From the NCBI GenBank assembly GCA_965644295.1, contig CBFFRP010000276.1, positions 62,001 to 126,000 of the forward strand: a stretch of 64,000 nt of DNA, read 5' to 3'. The stretch is from Paraphysomonas bandaiensis. Its lineage: Eukaryota; Protista; Chrysophyceae. Below the pieces are notes generated by a model. The model was not told the origin of the DNA. It did no database searches and saw only the letters and a program-made list of their open reading frames with translations. Both the position numbers and the translations under genes were made by a program. The stretch's first letter is position 1, and the number at the start of each line of letters is the position of its first letter. Below, in pieces: positions 63,038-64,000 of this stretch.

Positions 63038-63800
63038 CAGGCTTGCGTAACAATTAATTGGTGACAGGTGTCCAACAATAATAATTCCAATTATTAATCA
63101 AGCGTCCTATTATTGGCAATGCAATTTATTGCCAATTAATTGCCTTTCATTCTATTGATAGATTTTAGAATAAATTTCTGAACTATAATCTCATCCCAAA
63201 GAAACATCAACATTTTAACGCAGAAAATTCAACATTTCAAGGTGTCTAGGTGTCATTCGCTTGCGAAAATCTAGTCATGACAATCTTAGCTGCTAAACAA
63301 CCTCTCACAAACATTGGTAGTGCTATACGAATAATTCATGCAATGATATCGAGTTGGAAGTTTGATGTGTGCTTTTTGGCGCTTTTGGTTGTCTTAAAGT
63401 ATACGAATGGCCTCGTTTTCCTCCTCCTCATCTTTCTCTTCATAATCAAGTTCACCTTCGTGTGCAGGTACATCATTTATCAAAAAGCGTCACACCTATG
63501 CTTTTCAGCGCGGTTCAGTTCTTCGTCCCCACCGCGCTGAGCTTTGACTACTGCTCTCTCGAAATCTGGATTTCCGCGTCTGCACTCACCAGGTGAAATT
63601 TCATCCCAGGGTACTGACGAAGTAATTCATCAAATTTGTTCATTCGATGCCGTCCTGTTAAATAAATAAGAATGATAGGTATGGCTATCCAATGCTTCTA
63701 GTCCATTATTCTTGTACACACACAACGGATCCTCTGTATTAAGGTATTCTTGCACACACACATACTTCTCTTCCTCTGATAGTTGTACCTAGCGGATACA
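63038..63800 (-). mobile_element. hAT-like transposon relic with right terminus
   Basis: Frameshifted NPDFERAVVK, TNVCERLFS and RKRM.P..LEML.FL (hAT C-terminal dimerisation region). Terminus CAGGCTTGCGTAAC with AATTAATTG sub-terminal repeats. The upper boundary is uncertain. Confidence 0.8.
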
Positions 63801-64000
63801 CTTATATTACGTCATTTACATTACTATACTTGAATATTTTTCGAAGCAGTTGAATATGCTATCACATTATATATGCTATGTATCTAGACGATCGTTATGG
63901 ACGTGCTAAGTTTGTTCTTTGTCAACGATCTTTGACATGATATATTACTCTTACATGCTGAGGTTAAAGTGTATACTAACCCTAATTACGACTAATAAAA

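Noticed and set aside
63978-63990. TAACCCTAA telomere-like motif near the window end
   Set aside because: Single unit, expected by chance.

Overview
Eukaryotic nuclear DNA: AT-rich, gene-dense, with many short GT-AG introns. Gene content and style suggest a protist, possibly a stramenopile; this is inference only. About 20 protein-coding genes are present, mostly in head-to-head pairs: two EF-hand paralogues, a lipase fused to a membrane domain, an IQ-motif protein, an HS2ST-like sulfotransferase, syntaxin-5, a triple-PDZ protein, an ER-type CS-domain protein, an apparent methyltransferase/SKICH-like/UBE3D-like fusion, a THUMP methyltransferase, TMEM185-like, PIG-L, PAT1, Myb, an FAD monooxygenase, DoxX/TMEM35-like and EamA. 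The right end is a repeat-protein cluster: an F-box-like ankyrin-type repeat protein and three C2H2 zinc-finger paralogues, one with 29 intact fingers and a CaaX-like end. The intergenic DNA holds the strongest signals. (i) Six 5'-truncated copies of a non-LTR retroelement family, four with 14-17 bp target-site duplications, share a C-terminal KGRPPD peptide followed by a three-way-junction RNA fold with compensatory base changes. (ii) A ~125-150 bp element with short inverted ends occurs five times, always in a divergent promoter region. (iii) There are also hAT, copia and Mutator-like relics. No rRNA, tRNA or CRISPR array is supported. Exon boundaries were read by eye and are approximate.
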